A stretch of 64,000 nt of DNA from Myxococcota bacterium (GTDB taxonomy: Bacteria > Myxococcota_A > UBA9042 > PHBI01 > JAWLBL01): contig JAWLBL010000008.1 in NCBI GenBank assembly GCA_041687695.1, positions 96,001 through 160,000 of the forward strand, read 5' to 3'. The notes under the pieces were generated by a model, which saw only the letters and a list, made by a program, of their open reading frames with translations, was not told the DNA's origin and made no database searches. A program made the translations under genes and the position numbers. Positions 12,976-22,731 of the stretch are shown here, in pieces (positions within the stretch are counted from its first letter, which is position 1; every line of letters starts with the position of its first letter).

Positions 12976-14423
12976 GGCGGCGCGTGAGCAGGGGCGCGGT
13001 CCGCGCGTGGGCCGTCGTCGCGTGCGTCGCGGCGGCCGTCCTGGTCGGCGGCCCGGTCGGGGCCCAGACGCCGCCCGCCGGCGAGGCCGTCGCCGAGGCG
13101 CCGGTGACCCTGTCGGCCGAGCTGCGGACCCTGGGCGGGCAGGCGCCCATCACCGAGGCCCGGCTGGGCGACCGGCTCGAGCTGGTGCTGACGGTCGAGG
13201 CGCCCCGCGGCGCGCAGGTCTTCGTCCCCGACAAGCCGGCCCTCGAACGGTTCCAGACGCTGGGCGAGCGCCCGCCGACGACCCGCGCCGACGTGGGCGA
13301 CCGCGTGCGCGAGACCTACCGCATCCCGCTGTCGCCGGTGCGCGTGGGCCCGACGCGCCTCGCGGCCGTCGAGGTGCCCTACCGCCTGCCCGACGGCGCC
13401 TCGGGCGTGGTCCACACCCCCAAGCTGCGCGTCCACGTGCGCGGCCACCTCTCCAACGAGCAGGACCCCAAGCTGGGCGCCGCGCCGCCGCCGGTGCCGG
13501 TCATCACGACCAACTGGCTGCTGGTCTGGGGCCTGTCGCTGGTCGGGGCCGCCGCCGCCGCCGCGCTGCTGACCCTGGTCGCGCTGCGCGTGCTGCGATC
13601 GCGCCTGGCCGCCGCCGTGCCGCCGCCGCCGCCGCGCCCGGCCAACGAGGTGGCGCTCGACAAGCTGGCCGCGCTCGAGGCCGCCGAGCTGACGCCCGAG
13701 GCGCGCTACGCCGCGACCGCCGACATCCTGCGCGAGTACCTGGGCGGCCGCTACGGCTTCGACGGGCTCGAGATGACGACCGGCGAGCTGCGCCGGGCCC
13801 TGGTCGGCGCGGATCTGAAGGACGTGACGCCGACCCAGATCGAGGTCGCGCTGGGCGAGGCGGATCTCGTCAAGTTCGCGCGGCTGTCGCCCAGCGACGC
13901 CGAGGCGCGGGGGCTGGCGCCCGAGGTGCGGCGCATCGTCGAGGCGACCTGGGAGGCGCCGAAGGAGGAGCCGACCCCCGAGCAGGCCGCGGCCCCGAGG
14001 TTCGAGCCGGCCGAGGTGCGCGAGCGGGTGCGGGCCGGGCTCATCGACGTGGGCTTCGCGGCGGCCGTGGCGCTGTCGGCGCTGGGCGGGCTGTGGGCGA
14101 CGGGGCGGCTGGCCGAGTGGGGCTGGGCCGCGGGCGCGGCGTTCGCGGTGGTGCTGGCGGTCCGGGACGTGCTGGGGCCGGTCAGCGTCGGCAAGGCGCT
14201 GGTCGGGCTGCACGTGGTCAGCGCCGACGAGCGGCAGGCCCTGCCGGGCTGGAGGGCGCGGCTGACACGGAACGCGCTGCTCCTGGTGCCGCCGGTGGGG
14301 CTGGTGGTCGAGGGGCTGGTGCTGCTGCACCACCCGCTGCGACGCCGTCTGGGTGACGGCTGGGCGCGCACCGAGGTCGTGCGGGGCGCGAGCCGCCCGG
14401 CGCCGCGCGGAGGGCGCCGATGA
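12972..14423 (+). CDS. Bat-operon membrane protein (Ig-like/DUF4381-like region) fused to a C-terminal RDD domain
   Basis: GTGA coupling; signal peptide; TM helix; ILREYLGGRYGFDGLEMTTGEL, ADLVKFA; C-terminal RVRAGLID...SVGKALVGLHVV...RRLGDGWARTEVV. Confidence 0.75.
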   Translation: MRRRVSRGAVRAWAVVACVAAAVLVGGPVGAQTPPAGEAVAEAPVTLSAELRTLGGQAPITEARLGDRLELVLTVEAPRGAQVFVPDKPALERFQTLGERPPTTRADVGDRVRETYRIPLSPVRVGPTRLAAVEVPYRLPDGASGVVHTPKLRVHVRGHLSNEQDPKLGAAPPPVPVITTNWLLVWGLSLVGAAAAAALLTLVALRVLRSRLAAAVPPPPPRPANEVALDKLAALEAAELTPEARYAATADILREYLGGRYGFDGLEMTTGELRRALVGADLKDVTPTQIEVALGEADLVKFARLSPSDAEARGLAPEVRRIVEATWEAPKEEPTPEQAAAPRFEPAEVRERVRAGLIDVGFAAAVALSALGGLWATGRLAEWGWAAGAAFAVVLAVRDVLGPVSVGKALVGLHVVSADERQALPGWRARLTRNALLLVPPVGLVVEGLVLLHHPLRRRLGDGWARTEVVRGASRPAPRGGRR

Positions 14424-15535
14424 ACCTGTTCGGCCTCTGGTTCGAGGACCCCTGGTACTTCCTGGGGCTGCTGGTCGTCCCGCTGCTGGTGTGGCGCCTG
14501 GTCCGCTTGCGCGGCCGCGGGCGGGTGCCCGTGCCGTCGACGGCGGGGCTGGGCGGCGTGGCGCCCGGGCTGACGGCGCGGCTGTGGTGGGCGCCGGACG
14601 CGCTGCGCATGGCGGCCATCGCCGCGCTGGTCGTCGCCGCGGCGCGCCCGCAGGTCGAGGACCGCCGCATCGTCACGGGCGAGGGCGTGGACATCATGCT
14701 GGCGCTGGACATGTCGGCGTCGATGAACGCCGTCGACGCGACCGAGGACGAGCTCGATCGGACGCTGGCGGCCGGCAAGGCCCCGCGCAACCGGTTCGAG
14801 CTGGCGCGCGACATCCTGAAGAGCTTCATCGCCTCGCGCGAGCAGGACCGCATCGGGCTGGTCGTCTTCGGCCCCGAGGCCTGGCTGAAGTACCCGCTGA
14901 CGCTGGACTACGCGCGTCTGATGCAGACGCTGGACGGGCTGGTGCTGGACTCGGGCCTGCAGGACCCGCGCACCGGCCGCTGCACCAACGGCTGCACCAT
15001 CAGCGGCGCCGGCACCGCCATCGGCGACGCGATGGGCCGCGCCTACAACCGCCTGCGGCGCTCGACCGCCAAGAGCAAGCTCATCGTGCTCATCACCGAC
15101 GGCAAGCAGGAGGGCGGCAGCCTGGACCCGCTGGCCATCGCGCGGCACATCCGCGACCTCCCCGAGGCCGAGCGCCCGCGCGTCTTCACCTTCCTGGTCG
15201 GCACGCAGGACCAGACCTGGATGCCGCAGGTCGACTTCCGGGGCCGCTACGTGCGCGGCCCCGGCGGCCTGCCGGTCTACGGGCGGCCTTCGCGGCCCTT
15301 CCCCATCGATCCGCAGCTGCTCGAGCAGATGGCCGAGATGACGGGCGGCAAGTTCTACGCCAGCTACAACGAGACGAAGTTCCGCGAAGACGTCGCCGAC
15401 CTCGAGCGGACCGTGTTCAAGACGCGCGTCCACACGAGCCGCAGCGACGTGTTCATGCCCTGGGCGCTGGCGGCGCTGCTGCTGCTGAGCGGCGAGTGGC
15501 TGCTGCGCTTTTCCCGGTGGAGGAGCATCGTATGA
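14420..15535 (+). CDS. batA: BatA-like VWA domain protein
   Basis: N-terminal FEDPWYFLGLL, ARPQ, EGVDIMLALDMSASM (MIDAS), DRIGLVVF, PLTLDY, GTAIGDA, LITDG. Confidence 0.88.
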   Translation: MNLFGLWFEDPWYFLGLLVVPLLVWRLVRLRGRGRVPVPSTAGLGGVAPGLTARLWWAPDALRMAAIAALVVAAARPQVEDRRIVTGEGVDIMLALDMSASMNAVDATEDELDRTLAAGKAPRNRFELARDILKSFIASREQDRIGLVVFGPEAWLKYPLTLDYARLMQTLDGLVLDSGLQDPRTGRCTNGCTISGAGTAIGDAMGRAYNRLRRSTAKSKLIVLITDGKQEGGSLDPLAIARHIRDLPEAERPRVFTFLVGTQDQTWMPQVDFRGRYVRGPGGLPVYGRPSRPFPIDPQLLEQMAEMTGGKFYASYNETKFREDVADLERTVFKTRVHTSRSDVFMPWALAALLLLSGEWLLRFSRWRSIV

Positions 15536-16665
15536 CGGGCTTCGGCTGGGGCGATCTGGACGCCTGGCGCTGGGGCGGCGTGGTGTTGGCCCTCGTCGCC
15601 GGCTTCGTGTGGCTGACCGCCTGGCGGCGGGGGCGGCTGAGGGCGCTGGCCGCGCGCGGGCCGCTGCCGACGCTGCTGGACACGGCCGGCGAGGGGCGGC
15701 ACCTGCTGCGGGCGGGGCTCATCGTGCTGACCGCGATCGGCCTGGTGCTGGCGCTGATGCGGCCGCAGCACGGCACGCGCGCGACCGAGCTGAAGAACCT
15801 GGGCATCGACATCGCCATCGCGCTCGACGCCTCGAAGTCGATGAAGGTCAGGGACGTCGTGCCCGACCGCCTCACCTCGGCGCGGCTCGAGATCGATCGG
15901 CTGCTCGACGGCCTCAGCGGTGGGCAGGTGGCGCTGGTGCCCTTCGCCGGGCTGGCCTTCGTGCAGACGCCGCCGACCAGCGACTTCGAGGTGGTCAAGA
16001 CCTACCTGGACGAGCTGCGCGTCGAAGACATGCCCCGGGGCGGCACCGCCATCGGCCGCGCCATCACCGAGGCGGTGCGCGTGCTGGTGCCGTCGGTCGA
16101 GATCGAGGGCGAGGCGGGGGGCGACGCGCCGGCGGCGCTGACCGGCGGTGACGGGGCCAAGGACACCGCGGTCGCGCCCTTCGCGGGGGCGCGCCACAAG
16201 GCCATCATCCTGTTCACCGACGGCGAGGACCACGAGGGCGACCCGCTGGCCGCAGCGAAGCTGGCCGCCGATCACGACGTCCGGATCTTCACCGTGGGGG
16301 TCGGCACCGCGCAGGGCCGGCCGGTGCCCATCATCAACGACGACGGGCAGGTAGTCGGGACCATGCGCGGCCCGGACGGACGCACGCCCCTGTTCAGCGA
16401 GCTGAACAGCGATCTGCTGCGCCAGATCGCCGAGATCACCGGCGGCGCGCACTTCGACCTGGGCCCCACGGGCCTGGGCGACGGGCTGGCCAGGGCCATC
16501 GACGCCCTCGAGAAGCAGGAGTACGAGGCGACCTTCCGCCACCTGCGGGACGACCGCTTCCAGCTCGCGCTGGTGCCGGCGCTGGTGCTGCTGATCCTCG
16601 AGGCGGTGATCGGGACGGCGCGGCGGCGACGGCGCGTGCGCCCGGCGAGGGAGGGGGCGAAGTGA
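15532..16665 (+). CDS. batB: BatB-like VWA domain protein
   Basis: ALMRPQHG, GIDIAIALDASKSM, VALVPFAG, GGTAIGRAI, LFTDGEDHEG, IFTVGVGT. Confidence 0.88.
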   Translation: MTGFGWGDLDAWRWGGVVLALVAGFVWLTAWRRGRLRALAARGPLPTLLDTAGEGRHLLRAGLIVLTAIGLVLALMRPQHGTRATELKNLGIDIAIALDASKSMKVRDVVPDRLTSARLEIDRLLDGLSGGQVALVPFAGLAFVQTPPTSDFEVVKTYLDELRVEDMPRGGTAIGRAITEAVRVLVPSVEIEGEAGGDAPAALTGGDGAKDTAVAPFAGARHKAIILFTDGEDHEGDPLAAAKLAADHDVRIFTVGVGTAQGRPVPIINDDGQVVGTMRGPDGRTPLFSELNSDLLRQIAEITGGAHFDLGPTGLGDGLARAIDALEKQEYEATFRHLRDDRFQLALVPALVLLILEAVIGTARRRRRVRPAREGAK

Positions 16666-18761
16666 AGGCGAGCACGCGAGCCCTGGCGGCGGCGCTGGCC
16701 GCGCTGAGCGTGGTCGGGTGCGATCACGAGCTGTTCCGGACCTCCCACGGCGCGGTCGACGACGGCAACGCGCTGCTGGCGCAGGGCCAGGCGGCCGAGG
16801 CGCTGAAGGCCTTCGAGGCGGCCGCCGCGGAGCTGCCCGAGTCGCCCGAGCTGGACTACGACCGGGGGCTGGCCGCGACGGCCGTAGGCGAGTTCGACGA
16901 GGCCACGCAGCGCCTGCTGCGCGCGCTGAACACGCGGGACCCGGCGCTGAAGCGGCGGGTGTACGCGGCCCTGGGGGCGGCTTACGCCCGGTGGGGCGAG
17001 CACCTCGAGCGCACCCCGACGCCCCCCGCGGCGGCCGAGCCCGAGGGGGACGACGCGCCCGCCGCGGCGCCGGAGGACCCGCGCAAGGCGGCCCTGCCCA
17101 AGTGGGAGCGCGCGGTCGAGCACCTGGAGAAGGCGCTGACGCTGTCGCCCGAGCCGGACCCGGACGTGCTGCGCAACCTGGAGGTGGCGCTGCTGCGGGT
17201 CGATCCGCCCTGCGCGTCGCGCAACGACGGCCACGAGCCGAACGACGGGCCCGACCGGGCGGCCGCCATCACGCTGGCGGGCGGCGACGCGGCCGATCCG
17301 CAGCAGGGGCTGGTCGCCGGGCCGGCGCCGGAGCGGCTGAAATGGCGCGAGCAGCTGCTGGCGTGCCCCGACGACGTCGACTGGTTCCGGCTCGAGCTGG
17401 ACGAGGGCGACCGCCTGTCGGCCGAGCTGACGCGTCCCAAGGAGGCGGGGGCGCTGAGCCTGACGCTGTTCGCGTCCGACGGGACGACGGCGCTCGCGCC
17501 CGCCGGCGGCGAAGTGGGCGAGGCGGTGGAGCACACGGTGAGGCAGGGCGGCGCGTACCTGCTGCGCGTCGACAACGTGGACGACGACGAGGTGTCGTAC
17601 GCGATGGCCGTCGAGGTGCGGCCGCCGTGCGCGCGGACCGAGGACCGCTTCGAGCCCAACGACACGCCGGCGGACGCCAGCACGGTGAGCGTGGGCAAGC
17701 TGCCGGATCTGAAGATCTGCCCCGAGGACGACGACTGGTACGCGGTGACGCTGGCCGAGGGCGAGAGCCTGTTCGCGTTCGCGTCGTTGCCCGAGGCGGA
17801 GGACGAGGACGACGACGAGGCCGCGGACGAGGCGCCGGCGCCGGTGCCGCTGATGCTAGAGGTGACCGACGCGGCCGGCGAGGTGCTGGCGACCGGCGGG
17901 CCGGTGGGGCGGGCGCGGGTGGTGACGCTGCTGACGCCTGGCGCTGGGCGCTACCTGGTGAGGGTCAGCGGCGCGCCGGACCTCGAGTCGAAGTACGAGC
18001 TGATGGTGCAGGTCATCCCGCCGTGCCCCGAGGGCGACGACATGCTCGAGGACAACGACACGGTGGAGGCCGCCGCGTCGCTGGACCAGCTGATCGCCGA
18101 GGCCGCGCAACAGGCGGGGGGCCAGCCCGGGCAGGCCGCCCAGGGGCAGAGCTGGCTGCTGCGCATCTGCCCGGGTGACGACGACTGGATGTCGCTCGAG
18201 GTGCAGGCCGAAGAGCCCGTGCAGGTCTCGGCGGTGTTCGACCACGCCAAGGGCGATCTCGAGCTGATCGCCTTTGATGAGCGCGGGGTCGACGAGCTGC
18301 AGGCGAGCGACCAGTCCTCCGCCGACCACAACGGCGAGGCGCTGCTGCTGACGCCGGACGGCGACCAGCCCCGCTCGTATCGGCTGCTGGTGCGCGGCAA
18401 GGGCGGCGCCGAGAACTTCTACCTGCTGAAGATCGACCAGCCGCAGGGCGGCGGCGGAGGCGGGCAGGACGATCAGCAGCAGGACGACCAGGAGCAGAAG
18501 GACCAGGACCAGGACAGCGACCCCGGCGACGGCGAGCAGGACCCGCCGAAGGACTCCGAGCCGAAGGACGCGCCCGAGGACGGACAGGGCGATCCCCAGC
18601 AGCCTCCGCGACAGCCGCCGCCCGGTCAGCCGCAGCCGCGCCCGGCCGATCCGCTGGAAGAGGCGCTCGACAAGCTCGACCGGAACCCGCAAAACCTGGA
18701 AGCGCTCGAGACGCTCAAGGCCTCCCCCCTCACCAACCACCCCCCGGAGAAGGACTGGTGA
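16662..18761 (+). CDS. BatC-like TPR lipoprotein with three inserted PPC-like repeats and a Gln/Asp-rich tail
   Basis: Lipobox VVGC; TPRs; three C..D..E[P/D]ND...C..D.DW modules; C-terminal EKDW typical of BatC. Confidence 0.75.
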   Translation: MKASTRALAAALAALSVVGCDHELFRTSHGAVDDGNALLAQGQAAEALKAFEAAAAELPESPELDYDRGLAATAVGEFDEATQRLLRALNTRDPALKRRVYAALGAAYARWGEHLERTPTPPAAAEPEGDDAPAAAPEDPRKAALPKWERAVEHLEKALTLSPEPDPDVLRNLEVALLRVDPPCASRNDGHEPNDGPDRAAAITLAGGDAADPQQGLVAGPAPERLKWREQLLACPDDVDWFRLELDEGDRLSAELTRPKEAGALSLTLFASDGTTALAPAGGEVGEAVEHTVRQGGAYLLRVDNVDDDEVSYAMAVEVRPPCARTEDRFEPNDTPADASTVSVGKLPDLKICPEDDDWYAVTLAEGESLFAFASLPEAEDEDDDEAADEAPAPVPLMLEVTDAAGEVLATGGPVGRARVVTLLTPGAGRYLVRVSGAPDLESKYELMVQVIPPCPEGDDMLEDNDTVEAAASLDQLIAEAAQQAGGQPGQAAQGQSWLLRICPGDDDWMSLEVQAEEPVQVSAVFDHAKGDLELIAFDERGVDELQASDQSSADHNGEALLLTPDGDQPRSYRLLVRGKGGAENFYLLKIDQPQGGGGGGQDDQQQDDQEQKDQDQDSDPGDGEQDPPKDSEPKDAPEDGQGDPQQPPRQPPPGQPQPRPADPLEEALDKLDRNPQNLEALETLKASPLTNHPPEKDW

Positions 18762-20611
18762 CGCGCTCCCACCACCACGCTCCGCGCGGGCGGGCGTCTG
18801 CGAGGTCGCCGCGCCGGCTGGCGCCGCTGGTGACCGGGCTGGCGCTGGCCATCCTGCTCGGGGCCGCCGGCTCCGCGTCGGCGCGAACACCCGGCGCCAG
18901 CGTCCAGATGGAGGTCGATCGCCGGACGCTGACCACCGACGACGAGCTCGAGCTGCGCGTGACGTTCGAGGGCGACCTCGACCGCTACGAGGAGCCGGGC
19001 CTGGGTGACTTCGCGGTCGTCGGTCGCAGCTCGCAGCAGCTGATGTCCATCGTCAACGGCCGCGTCAGCCGCCAGCAGGTCCAGGTCTACACCCTGCGCC
19101 CCTCGCGCGCCGGCACCCTCACCATCGCCGGCGCCAAGGCCTATCGCGACGGGCAGGTCGTGGCGCAGGGCGCGCCCCTCCAGGTCACCGTCAAGGCGCC
19201 CGCCGCGCCGCCTCCGGTCGCCCCCGGCGCGGCCCGCAGCCTGGACCGCCGGGCCGACGAGCAGCTCTTCCTGCACGTCGGCCTGCCGCGCGACACCTTC
19301 TACGTCGGCGAGCCCTTCGTCCTGTCGTGGGACCTCTTCTTCCGCCGCGAGCTGCACGTCGAGGCCGCCGAGATCGTCACCCGACCCACCCTCGACGGCC
19401 TGTTGGTCGAGGAGCTGCTGTCGCCCGACGCGCGCGCCTCCGTCCGCGAGCGCCGCGTCGGCGGGCAGGCCTTTCGCTTCATCCCGCGCTCGGTGCAGCT
19501 CGCGACCGCGCTGCGCCCCGGCAAGGTCACGGTCGACGCCATGGCGATGCGCGTGTCGGCGGGCGACGTGTGGCGCCAGCGCCGCTACACCCTGCGCTCG
19601 CAGCCGCTCGAGCTGACCGTCGAGGAGGTCCCCGCCGCCGGCCGCCCCAAGTGGTACCAGGACGGCAACCTGGGCCGCTTCGCGATGACCGCCGAGCTGC
19701 ACGACGACGCGGGGCGCGCGCCGTCGCGGCTGAAGACCGGCCAGCGCCTGGTCCTGACCGTCACCGTCTCGGGGCGCGGCAACCTGGTCAGCCTCAAGCC
19801 GCCCGTCCTCGAAGGCGGCGACACCTTCGACATCCAGCCGTTGCCCACGTCCGCCGACGACGTCGTCGACAAGGACGCCTCGGGCATGCACGGCCGGCGC
19901 GTCTTCCAGTTCCTGCTCGCGCCGCTCGCGCCGGGGAAGGTGCAGGCCCCGACCGTCCACCTGGCCTGGTTCGACCCCGAGGCCGAGGAGTTCGAGACGG
20001 TCTCGCTGCCGGGGCTCTCCCTCGAGGTCGAGGGCCCGCACCTCGCCGGCCGCGGCGCCACCCAGCCCGAGGGCCCCGAGACCCTGGACATCCGGCCCCT
20101 CCTCGAGGCCGACGCCCTGGACACGGTCCCGCACCGGCCGCTCACCGGCACGACCCTCTTCTGGTTGCTCCTCGCGTTGCCGCCGGCGCTGTTCGGCCTG
20201 GTCGAGCTGCGCTTCCGGCTGCGCCGCCGCCGCGACCGCAACCCGCAGGCCCGCCTGAGCCGCGCCGCCGGGGCCAACGCCCGAAAGCGCCTCAAGGCCG
20301 CCGAGCAGGCCCAGCGCGACGATCTCGTCAAGGACTGCTTCGGCCAGATCGCGCGCACCTTCGTCAGCTACTTCGAGGAGCGCGCCAACCTGCCGGCGAC
20401 CGGCATGACCCACGACGAGCTGCGCGAGGCCGCGGGGCAGGCCGGCTACCCGCGCGAGCTGCTCGACGCCGTCGTGGTCGAGCTCGAGAACTGCGACTTC
20501 GCGCGCTTCGCCCCGGCCGCCGTGGTCGGCCAGCAGATGCGCGAGAGCCTGTCACGCGCCGAGGAGCTGGTCCGACGCCTCGAGGCCGTCGAGCCCCGGA
20601 GGAGACCATGA
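18758..20611 (+). CDS. batD: BatD family protein
   Basis: MEVDRRTL, SSQQLMSIVNG, YTLRPSRAGTLTI, YVGEP, VSGRGNL, TM near the C-terminus, NCDFARFAP. Confidence 0.85.
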   Translation: MTRSHHHAPRGRASARSPRRLAPLVTGLALAILLGAAGSASARTPGASVQMEVDRRTLTTDDELELRVTFEGDLDRYEEPGLGDFAVVGRSSQQLMSIVNGRVSRQQVQVYTLRPSRAGTLTIAGAKAYRDGQVVAQGAPLQVTVKAPAAPPPVAPGAARSLDRRADEQLFLHVGLPRDTFYVGEPFVLSWDLFFRRELHVEAAEIVTRPTLDGLLVEELLSPDARASVRERRVGGQAFRFIPRSVQLATALRPGKVTVDAMAMRVSAGDVWRQRRYTLRSQPLELTVEEVPAAGRPKWYQDGNLGRFAMTAELHDDAGRAPSRLKTGQRLVLTVTVSGRGNLVSLKPPVLEGGDTFDIQPLPTSADDVVDKDASGMHGRRVFQFLLAPLAPGKVQAPTVHLAWFDPEAEEFETVSLPGLSLEVEGPHLAGRGATQPEGPETLDIRPLLEADALDTVPHRPLTGTTLFWLLLALPPALFGLVELRFRLRRRRDRNPQARLSRAAGANARKRLKAAEQAQRDDLVKDCFGQIARTFVSYFEERANLPATGMTHDELREAAGQAGYPRELLDAVVVELENCDFARFAPAAVVGQQMRESLSRAEELVRRLEAVEPRRRP

Positions 20612-21483
20612 GCCGCCGCGCCCTCCTGCTCGCCCTCGCGGCGCTGCTCCTGGCCTCGCCGGCCGCGGCGCAGCCCGCGCCCGACGCCGCGTCGCGCGAC
20701 GTGTCCATCGTCCCGGCCGCGCCCGCGCCGCCGCCAGCCGCCGCGGCCGCCGCCTCCACCGAGCAGCCCACGGCCCTGTTCCAGCGCGCCAACGGCCACT
20801 ACCACTCGGGCGACTACGCCGCCGCCGCCGAGCTGTACCGCCAGCTGGCCAACACCTGGCGCATCGACGATCCGGTCTTGTACGCCAACCTGGGCAACAC
20901 CTACTTCCGCATGGGCGACTACGGCAGCGCCATCTTCGCCTACCGCCGCGCCCTGCGCCTCGAGCCGCCGGGAGCCATCGCCGAGCGCGTCGAGGCCAAC
21001 CTGATGGTCACCCGCCGCGTCCTCGAGCAGCGCTACAAGGCCGGCGCCGACAAGAGCCAGTTCGTCTACGCCGAGCCCGGCGGCTTGCTCCATCGCGTCT
21101 CCCACGCCCTCGGCCGCGACGTCGTCGTCTACGGCTTCCTCGCGGCGTGGGTGGCGCTGTTCGCGCTGCTCGCCGCCTGGCGCCTACGCCCACACGCCAG
21201 CGCGCGGCGCTGGGGCTGGGCCTCGCTGCCGACCGGCGCGGTGGCCCTGGTCCTGGGGCTGATGCTGGTCGGCCAGACCGTCGCGGCCAGCGCCTTCCGC
21301 CTGGGCGTCGTCATCCGCGACGGCGTCTCGCTGCGCGAAGGCCGCCACGCCGACGCGCGCGGGGTCGCGCTGCCCGAGGGGATGGAGGTCCGCATCCTGG
21401 ACGCGGACGACGACTGGACCCGGGTCGAGCTGGCCAACGGCCGCGAGGGTTGGGTCGAGACCCCGGCGGTCAAGCAGATCTGA
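20608..21483 (+). CDS. batE: BatE-like TPR + SH3 protein
   Basis: LFQRANGHYHSGDYAAA, LYANLGNTYFRMGDYGSAIFAYRRALRL, two TMs, LPEGMEVRIL...WTRVELANGREGWV. Confidence 0.85.
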   Translation: MSRRALLLALAALLLASPAAAQPAPDAASRDVSIVPAAPAPPPAAAAAASTEQPTALFQRANGHYHSGDYAAAAELYRQLANTWRIDDPVLYANLGNTYFRMGDYGSAIFAYRRALRLEPPGAIAERVEANLMVTRRVLEQRYKAGADKSQFVYAEPGGLLHRVSHALGRDVVVYGFLAAWVALFALLAAWRLRPHASARRWGWASLPTGAVALVLGLMLVGQTVAASAFRLGVVIRDGVSLREGRHADARGVALPEGMEVRILDADDDWTRVELANGREGWVETPAVKQI

Positions 21484-21496
21484 GCCGGCCCCGCGC

Positions 21497-22525
21497 CTAG
21501 TCGCGAGAGCGCCGTGAGCGGCCCTGGCCGCCGCCGCCCTCGCGTCCACGGCCGCCGCCGCCCTCGCGTCCACGGCCGCCTCCGCGACCACCCCTGCCGC
21601 GCCCTCCGCCGCCATTGCGCCGTTCGCCGCCGCCTTCGCGCCGCTCGCCGCCGCCTTCGCGCCGCTCGCCGCCGCCTTCGCGCCGCGGCCCGCGCCCTCC
21701 GCCGCCCTCGCGCCGCGGCCCGCGTCCACGCTCGCCCTCGCGCGCGCTCTCGGCGGCCGCCTGCGCCTGGCCTTCTCCGCCGCCGCCGCGCCGCTCGTCA
21801 CCCTCGCGCCCGCCGCGCCGCCGCCGCCGTCGCCGCCGCCCGCCTTCCTCGTCCTCGCCGCCCTCGAAGGCGCCCTCACCGCGCGCGGCCCCGTCCCGGG
21901 CCCGCTCGACCGCGATGCCGAAGCCCTGGTTGAGCCGCCGGATGATGTCCTGCACGTCCGCCGGGTCGGCCGGCAGCAGGGTCGCGAAGCGCCCGATCTG
22001 CTCGAGCTGCCCGAAGGGCCCCGTCCCGCCCAGCACGCGCCGCTGCGCCGCGCCGGCGTCCTCGATGTCGAGGTCCCGCCCGAGCGCGCTGCCGTCGGCC
22101 ACCAGCGCGATCACCCCGATGGGCGGCTCGACGGGCATCGAGGCCACCTGGCGGAGCACCTCGCCCTCGGGCGCCTGCCGCGGGCACACCGGGATGGCGC
22201 AGCCGCCCATCTCGGCCACCGCCGCCTGCACGAGCCCCAGGTCCCCGGTCGCCTGCAGCAGATCGTAAGCGCTCGGCGCGTCCCAGTCGGGCAGCAGCAC
22301 GGCGACGCGGTAGCCGGGGCCGTTGGCGACGCAGGCCGGCCACACGCGGACGCCGTCGGCGTTGGCCGCCGCGACCTCGTCGTGCGTCGGCAGCTCCTCG
22401 GGGGAGTCGACGACATACACGACGGCGTCGAGGGCCGCTCGTCGGGCCGCTTGGGCGACCTCCTCGCAGGTGGCGAGGGTGGCCGGGACGTACAGGTCGA
22501 TGAGGGCGTGTCGTTGCATGGACAT
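21497..22525 (-). CDS. PHP-like (probably degenerate) domain protein with Arg/Gly/Glu-rich tail
   Basis: LIDLYVP...AARRAALDAVVYV resembles the PHP N-terminus; tail GGRRRRRRRGG and REGGG repeats; start 22519 or 22525. Confidence 0.6.
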   Translation of the reverse strand: MSMQRHALIDLYVPATLATCEEVAQAARRAALDAVVYVVDSPEELPTHDEVAAANADGVRVWPACVANGPGYRVAVLLPDWDAPSAYDLLQATGDLGLVQAAVAEMGGCAIPVCPRQAPEGEVLRQVASMPVEPPIGVIALVADGSALGRDLDIEDAGAAQRRVLGGTGPFGQLEQIGRFATLLPADPADVQDIIRRLNQGFGIAVERARDGAARGEGAFEGGEDEEGGRRRRRRRRGGREGDERRGGGGEGQAQAAAESAREGERGRGPRREGGGGRGPRREGGGERREGGGERREGGGERRNGGGGRGRGGRGGGRGREGGGGRGREGGGGQGRSRRSRD

Positions 22526-22731
22526 GAGGCGTGGGAGGCTACGCGCTGGGACGTGGTCGGGCAAGCGTGCGGTGCGACCAACGGACGCGAGGCCTTTCGC
22601 ACTGCAAGAGGGCGCCGTCGCCGCGCACATGCGACGTGGACCGGAGCTGGGCTGCGGGGAATCGACCGCTGCATAGCATCCGGTGTCCGACACTTGCAGC
22701 TTTGGGGCGTGAAGGCTTGAATGCGCCCCGT

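Noticed and set aside
21520..21720. 21-24-bp tandem repeats
   Set aside because: In-frame coding repeats (REGGG) of the PHP-like protein tail.
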